From NCBI GenBank assembly GCA_963777155.1, contig CAVZPM010000001.1, positions 128,001 to 192,000 on the forward strand: 64,000 nt of DNA. Direction: 5' to 3'. Each line of letters starts with the position of its first letter. Position 1 is the stretch's first letter. A model generated the notes under the pieces. That model was given only the letters and a program-made list of their open reading frames with translations. It was not told the origin of the DNA and did no database searches. The position numbers and the translations under genes were made by a program. This stretch comes from Candidatus Bathyarchaeota archaeon (GTDB lineage: Archaea; Thermoproteota; Bathyarchaeia; Bathyarchaeales; Bathycorpusculaceae). Positions 58,225 through 64,000 of this stretch are shown piece by piece.

Positions 58225-60123
58225 ATGCGAATTTTACAGTTACACTCTAACTTTATAGTTTTCAAACCCGTCGAAAAAGAAATCAACATTGCCGAAGAGG
58301 CTGAAAAGGTTGAGAACCGCGTTGAAGAAGTCGTCGTGCTCTTCACTGCCATAGAAGAAGGCGACAACTCCGCGATGGCGCAGAAAGCCATCAACGACGT
58401 CAGAGCTTTCTTGGGTAAACTCAAAGTTAACCGCATCCTCATCTACCCGTTTGCTCACCTCAGCAGCAACCTCTCCCAGCCCAGCGAAGCCCTAAAAATA
58501 ATCAAGGACATGGAAGCATACGCCAAAGAGAAAGGCATCGAAACCTACCGTGCCCCATTTGGCTGGAACAAACAGTTCACCTTATCCATCAAGGGACATC
58601 CGCTTGCTGAGCAAGCCCGCAGCTATGCTCCTTCACCGGTCGCAACTGAAGCCCAAGCTGTCTGCGAGGGCAAAAAAGAGGAAGAACCCGTCTCTGCTGC
58701 TCTGAAAGCCGAAGACACTATGAAATCTTACTGGCACATTCTTCAAACTGACGGCTCCTTGGTGCCCGTTGAAGAGTTCAAGTTTAAAGGGCACGTTAAT
58801 CTCCAAAAGTTCTCTCAGTACGAAATCAAAAAGACCCGTGCAGTCACAGTTATGCCACCCCACGTGCCATTGATGAAGCGGCTGGAAATCGCCGATTACG
58901 AACCCGGCAGCGACCCAGGCAACATCCGCTGGTACCCCAAGGGACGCATGATAAAATCACTACTCGAACAGTACGTTACTAACCGGGTTGCCGCTTACGG
59001 AGGCATGGAAGTCGAAACCCCCCTAATGTACGACTTCAACCATCCCAGCCTCAAAAGCTACCTAAACCGCTTCCCAGCACGCCAATACGTCCTCAAATCC
59101 GAAGACAAAGAGCTCTTCCTCAGGTTTGCAGCATGCTTCGGCCAATTTCTGATGGCGCACGATGCCCAGTTCAGCTACAAACAGATGCCCATAAAACTCT
59201 ACGAACTTACCCGCTACAGTTTCCGCCGAGAAAAAAGCGGTGAAGTCGTTGGCTTAAAACGACTACGTGCATTCACCATGCCTGACTGCCATGCATTGTG
59301 CACTGACCTTGAACAAGCCAAAAAAGAATTCATGATACGCTTCGACCTATGCATCGATGTTCTTGCAAACATCGGCTTAGTCAAAGACGACTACGAGATT
59401 GCCATGCGTTTCACTAAAGACTTCTACGCTGAACACAAAGACTTCATAACGGAGCTGGCACAGAAATTCGGCAAACCCATCTTAGCAGAGGTTTGGAACG
59501 AACGATTCTTCTATTTCGCCCTGAAATGGGACCTTAACTTCATCGATAACCAGGACAAAGCCGCTGCACTTAGCACTGACCAAATCGACGTCGAAAACGC
59601 CAAACGCTACGAAATAACCTTCGTCGACGAAAAGGGTGAGAAACAGTATCCGCTGATTCTGCATTGTAGCCCAAGTGGCGCTATTGAACGAGATATCTAT
59701 GCGTTGCTGGAAAAGGCTTATCGTGAACAGATGGCGGGTAAAGCTCCGATGCTTCCGCTGTGGCTGTCGCCAACCCAGGTCAGGCTTATCCCGATTTCCG
59801 ATAAATTCCTCGACAAGATGCAGGAGCTCGCAACACAAATCAGTGCCCACTGCATCCGAGTTGACATCGACGACTCATCATCAACGTTGCAGAAGAAGAT
59901 ACGTGAAGCCGAGCAGGAATGGATCCCCTACATCATTGTTGTCGGCGAGAAAGAGATTGAATCTGGCAAGCTTTCAGTTAGAGTCCGTGAGCTTAAAGGT
60001 CAACAGCAAAACCTCACCACTGAACAGCTGATAGAGACCATTTCAGAAAAAATTGCAGGCAAACCCTACAAGCCATTGCCGTTGCCGCTGCTCATGTCGA
60101 AGCGTCCGCAGTTCCACGGTTAA
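58225..60123 (+). CDS. thrS: Threonyl-tRNA synthetase, archaeal type
   Basis: MRILQLHS editing domain, YPFAHLS, APFGW, LRFAACF, LHCSPSGAIER. Confidence 0.96.
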   Translation: MRILQLHSNFIVFKPVEKEINIAEEAEKVENRVEEVVVLFTAIEEGDNSAMAQKAINDVRAFLGKLKVNRILIYPFAHLSSNLSQPSEALKIIKDMEAYAKEKGIETYRAPFGWNKQFTLSIKGHPLAEQARSYAPSPVATEAQAVCEGKKEEEPVSAALKAEDTMKSYWHILQTDGSLVPVEEFKFKGHVNLQKFSQYEIKKTRAVTVMPPHVPLMKRLEIADYEPGSDPGNIRWYPKGRMIKSLLEQYVTNRVAAYGGMEVETPLMYDFNHPSLKSYLNRFPARQYVLKSEDKELFLRFAACFGQFLMAHDAQFSYKQMPIKLYELTRYSFRREKSGEVVGLKRLRAFTMPDCHALCTDLEQAKKEFMIRFDLCIDVLANIGLVKDDYEIAMRFTKDFYAEHKDFITELAQKFGKPILAEVWNERFFYFALKWDLNFIDNQDKAAALSTDQIDVENAKRYEITFVDEKGEKQYPLILHCSPSGAIERDIYALLEKAYREQMAGKAPMLPLWLSPTQVRLIPISDKFLDKMQELATQISAHCIRVDIDDSSSTLQKKIREAEQEWIPYIIVVGEKEIESGKLSVRVRELKGQQQNLTTEQLIETISEKIAGKPYKPLPLPLLMSKRPQFHG

Positions 60124-60217
60124 TAAAGCCGTTGTAAACGATTCATATGTATCATTGAGGTAAACTATATCAAACAATTGGACAATATGAAACAGTGATC
60201 CAAGGAGTGGAAAACAA

Positions 60218-61103
60218 ATGACCAACGAATTACAAGTCTACATCGACGGCGAATTCTACCCTAAGTCACAGGCTAAAATCTCCGTCTACGACCACGGATT
60301 CCTCTACGGCGACGGCGTTTTCGAGGGAATCCGCGAATACAACGGCGTGGTCTTCAAACTAAAAGAGCACATCGACCGTCTATACCGTAGTGCACACGCA
60401 ATAATGCTGGCCATTCCCATAACCAAAGCGGAAATGACCAAAGCCGTCGTTGAAACTTTGCACAGGAACAAAATGAAAGATTCCTACATCCGCTTAATTG
60501 TCTCACAGAGGAGTCGGCGACCTGGGATTGGACCCGCGCAAATGTCCAAAACCAACAACAATAATCATAACTGACACCATCAACATCAAGTCTGGCAACG
60601 CAAAAGAAGTCGGCGTAACCACCATGTTTAGTTGGGTTCGCCGAAACCCAGTCGATGCAACTACACACGAAATAAAATCACTAAACTACCTAAACAGCGT
60701 TCTAGCAAAAATTGAAGCCAACGCATGCGGCGTCGACGAAGCCATATGCCTTGAAAGCAACGGTTACATCGCAGAAGGCGTAGGCGAAAATGTCTTCATC
60801 GTCAAAGACGGAGAAGTCTTTACACCACCCACCTCAACAGGTGCTCTTGCAGGCATTACCGCAGATGTCGTTGCTGAACTGTGCGCAAAACTTGGCATAG
60901 ACCTCATTATTACTAACCTGACACCGTTTATGCTGTTCACTGCTGACGAAGCATTCTTCACTGGAACAGCTATGGAGATGGTTCCCATACGTGAAGTCAA
61001 CAAACGCCAAATCGGAAACGGAAAGCCGGGACCTATAACAAAGAAGCTGATGGCTGAGTTCCAGAAAGTAATCGAAGACCCCAAAAACGGCACAAAAATC
61101 TAA
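60218..61103 (+). CDS. ilvE: Branched-chain amino acid aminotransferase (one extra base at ~60507)
   Basis: [16 protein letters not shown]; [24 protein letters not shown] in next frame. Confidence 0.92.
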
Positions 61104-61110
61104 TTTTTTT

Positions 61111-62346
61111 CTAACCGTGGCCCACATGGCTACGGCTTATTTTTTGTTTATTTTTCATGAACTGTTCCAGACGGTTGAATGCTTCTTCAAGCACTTCGCA
61201 GGGAGGCAGGAAGACGATTCTTGCATGGTCTTTACCGTACACTGGGTCAAATCCTGAGCCATTTACAATCAGAACGCCTGTTTCTCTAAGGAGTTGCACG
61301 ACGAATTCCATGTCGGTTTTCCATCTTGTGCCAACTTCATGGATTTTTGGGAATATGTAGAAGGCGCCTTCGGGTTTGGTTGCGCTGATTCCCTCGATTT
61401 CATTTAGGCGTTTCCAAGCGTAGTCGCGTCTTTCGCGAAGCTTTTCAACGATACCTTTGACAAAGTCTTGTGGACCATTAAGCGCAGCTGCACCAGCTAT
61501 TTGTACTGGTGTGTTGGCGCAGAGGCGGATGCGGCATTGCTTCTCAACTCCTAAGCGGAGGTCTTCAAGGACTTTGCCTTCACCCTTGAAGTACATATAG
61601 CCAAGTCGCCAGCCAGTCATCTGATAAACTTTGGAGAACCCGTTCAAACCCACTACAGGCACGTCTTTGGCCAAGTGAGCAGCACTGACAAATTCCTTTT
61701 CATAAGTTAATTGATCATAAATCTCGTCGGAGAGAACAGGCAGGTTGTGTTCGCCTGCGATGTCAAGCATTTCCTTTATCATTTTGCCGCTGTACACTGC
61801 ACCTGTTGGGTTGTTTGGGTTGGTTATGACGATGGCGCGGGTTTTAGGCGAGATTTTGCTACGAAGGTCATCGATGTTTGGTATCCAGCCTTCCTTTTCG
61901 ATGGTTTCGTAGGAAACTGGGGTGCCCTCGAAGAATTTGGTGTAGGAAATGTAGGGTGGATAAGTTGGTCCTGGAAAGAGGATTTCGTCGCCTTTCTCAA
62001 CCAGTGCAGCCAATATCATCTGGATGCCTTCGGAAATGCCCTCGGTGATTATGACGTTGCCTGCGGTTATGTCTATGTTGTTGACTCGTTTTTCTTTTCG
62101 TACTATGGCTTCTCGAAGTTCAGGTCTGCCCTCTGACTGAGAATAATAATTATCGTCTTGGTCGATCGCTTTGCAAAGGGCATCTTTCACATACTGGGGC
62201 GTTTTAAAGTCGAATGCGGCGGGGTCGCCGATGTTTAGGTAATAGATTTTTTTACCGTTCTTTATGAGCTCTTGAGTGTGAACTATAACGTCTCGTATGG
62301 CATACTCTATGTTGCTTGCCCTTTTCGTGACCTTAACGTGCGCCAA
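61111..62346 (-). CDS. Class I/II aminotransferase (AlaAT-like)
   Basis: YAIR, LNIGDP, NPNNPTG, SDEIY, NGFSK...GWRLGY. Confidence 0.9.
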   Translation of the reverse strand: MAHVKVTKRASNIEYAIRDVIVHTQELIKNGKKIYYLNIGDPAAFDFKTPQYVKDALCKAIDQDDNYYSQSEGRPELREAIVRKEKRVNNIDITAGNVIITEGISEGIQMILAALVEKGDEILFPGPTYPPYISYTKFFEGTPVSYETIEKEGWIPNIDDLRSKISPKTRAIVITNPNNPTGAVYSGKMIKEMLDIAGEHNLPVLSDEIYDQLTYEKEFVSAAHLAKDVPVVGLNGFSKVYQMTGWRLGYMYFKGEGKVLEDLRLGVEKQCRIRLCANTPVQIAGAAALNGPQDFVKGIVEKLRERRDYAWKRLNEIEGISATKPEGAFYIFPKIHEVGTRWKTDMEFVVQLLRETGVLIVNGSGFDPVYGKDHARIVFLPPCEVLEEAFNRLEQFMKNKQKISRSHVGHG

Positions 62347-62501
62347 ACTGTGTTACCTGTAACCAGAACACTTGATAGCCCAAAAAATAAATGTTCCTAA
62401 CATCAAAACTTGTAGTTAGGTTAGACAAACACCAAAAATGGTTTTCAGCACATTTTTATTCCCGATTCCCCTAAAGTACAAATCGTTTTTGGTGAATGAT
62501 A

Positions 62502-64000
62502 ATGCAGGGATGGACAGGTTTTTTCCTAAAAGTAGATTTAACCAAAAGCCAAGCTTCAGCCGAACCCTACAGTGAAGATTTGGCGTTGAATTTTTTGGGC
62601 GGCAGAGGCTTTGCAATCAAAATTCTCTGGGACACCCTCAAACAGGGAACCGATCCCTTATCGCCCGAAAACAAACTAATCTTCGCCACTGGACCACTAA
62701 CGGGTATCGGGTTGCCCAACAGCGGCAAACTCGTTATCGCCTCAAAAAGCCCTTTAACCGGCGGATATGGCGACGGCAACTCGGGGTCATGGGCAGCCGT
62801 TAACATGCGCAAAGCCGGCTACGACGCCCTTGTCATTGAAGGCAAAGCATCCAAACCCGTCACTCTTCACATCAAAGACCGAACGTGGGAGTTTCTGGAC
62901 GCGTCCGACCTGTGGGGCAAAAGTACCTTTGAAGTCGACGATCAACTTCGAAAGAAATACTCTAAATTAGCTGGCATCCTTTCCATAGGTCCAGCCGGAG
63001 AGAACCTTGTCAGGTTCGCAACTGTTGTTTCCCAGAAGGGACGTTCAGGCGGACGCCCTGGAATGGGCGCGGTCATGGGCTCAAAAAACCTCAAAGCTAT
63101 CGTGGTTGAAGGCACCCAACCTATACCTTTAGCGTACCCTGATGAAATGAAGCGGCTGGCAATAGACGGTTACAAGGAGCTTTTAACTAAACCCGTCTAT
63201 CAATTCTGGAAAAGACAAGGCACCATGTCAACCGTCGAGTGGTGTCAAGAAAACAGTTGTCTTCCAACATTCAATTACAAGCAAGGCGTTTTTGACAAAG
63301 CCGAGGGCATAAGCGGTTTTACAATGGAGAAAATGAAGGTTTCCAACCGTGGATGCCCGCAGTGCAACATGACATGCGGCAATGTTGTTAAGGACAGCGA
63401 GGGCAAAGATTCTGAGTTGGACTATGAGAACGTAGTTATGCTTGGCTCAAACATAGGACTGGGAAACCTTGCGCAAGTAGCTACATTAAACCGCTTGGCA
63501 GACGAATTTAGCTTTGACGCTATCTCTCTTGGTAGCGTGATCGGGTTTGCAATGGAAGCCTCTGAGAAAGGACTAATTCCAGAGAAAATTGGCTGGGGTG
63601 ACTTTGAAGCGATTAAAGCTTTGATCAGCGATATTGCTTACCGGCGTGGTTTAGGGGCTGTTTTAGCTGACGGTGTCCGAGCTGCATCCGTAACTATCGG
63701 CAAAGGGTCGAGTGATTGGGCGATGCACGTTAAAGGCTTAGAAGTCTCTGCCTACGACTGTCACATTGCTCCAGGCATGGCTTTAGCTTACGGCACAAGT
63801 TCCATTGGCGCCCACCACAAAGACGCCTGGATCATCACTTGGGAACAAAAAGCTGGCAGAGAAAAATACGACGAAGCAAAAGTGGATCATCTCATTAAAA
63901 CGCAGCTCTTGCGCGGCGGCGCATTTGAGGCTTTGACTGTTTGCCGCTTTCCCAACGGCTCATTGGGATTTGAGCTTGAATGGTACCACAAGTACCTGCG
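62502..64000 (+). CDS. Tungsten aldehyde:ferredoxin oxidoreductase family, FOR-like (partial, runs off window)
   Basis: Hand translation: GWTG, LGGRG, KSPLTGG, GPAGEN, GRPGMGAVMGSKNLKA, GCPQCNMTCGN, ELDYEN. Confidence 0.92.
   Translation, partial: MQGWTGFFLKVDLTKSQASAEPYSEDLALNFLGGRGFAIKILWDTLKQGTDPLSPENKLIFATGPLTGIGLPNSGKLVIASKSPLTGGYGDGNSGSWAAVNMRKAGYDALVIEGKASKPVTLHIKDRTWEFLDASDLWGKSTFEVDDQLRKKYSKLAGILSIGPAGENLVRFATVVSQKGRSGGRPGMGAVMGSKNLKAIVVEGTQPIPLAYPDEMKRLAIDGYKELLTKPVYQFWKRQGTMSTVEWCQENSCLPTFNYKQGVFDKAEGISGFTMEKMKVSNRGCPQCNMTCGNVVKDSEGKDSELDYENVVMLGSNIGLGNLAQVATLNRLADEFSFDAISLGSVIGFAMEASEKGLIPEKIGWGDFEAIKALISDIAYRRGLGAVLADGVRAASVTIGKGSSDWAMHVKGLEVSAYDCHIAPGMALAYGTSSIGAHHKDAWIITWEQKAGREKYDEAKVDHLIKTQLLRGGAFEALTVCRFPNGSLGFELEWYHKYL

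Noticed and set aside
1-64000. CRISPR arrays, rRNA, transposases, Sec/Pyl readthrough
   Set aside because: None seen on reading; gene breaks are frameshifts, not in-frame stops

Overview
Archaeal chromosome segment. Gene content and order (NAC-PUA-aMBF1-HflX-aTrm56-TFE cluster, archaeal ThrRS, PAC2 chaperone, many C-terminally anchored surface proteins) point to a TACK archaeon, most likely Bathyarchaeia; this taxonomy is inference. The window holds a hisGDCBHAFI operon, metabolic genes (ADP-forming acyl-CoA ligase alpha, RibK, Ino1, GcvH with a CoA-disulfide-reductase-like flavoprotein, IlvE, an aminotransferase, a FOR-like tungsten oxidoreductase cut by the window end), transporters, tRNA-iMet, tRNA-Val(TAC), a box C/D sRNA, a fluoride riboswitch with crcB, and a RelE/RHH toxin-antitoxin pair. 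Best leads: (1) a full-length ribophorin I (Ost1)-like protein and an eL22-like protein; (2) a seven-gene array of anchored surface proteins with AxA|NP signal ends and PEF/PFP tails, whose promoters share two recurring palindromes, one also upstream of a Cys-cluster multi-wHTH regulator 14 kb away, suggesting a surface-protein regulon; (3) a structured, uORF-containing leader before the his operon. About ten genes are broken by single extra bases, most likely assembly errors. All family assignments come from motif recognition, not database searches.
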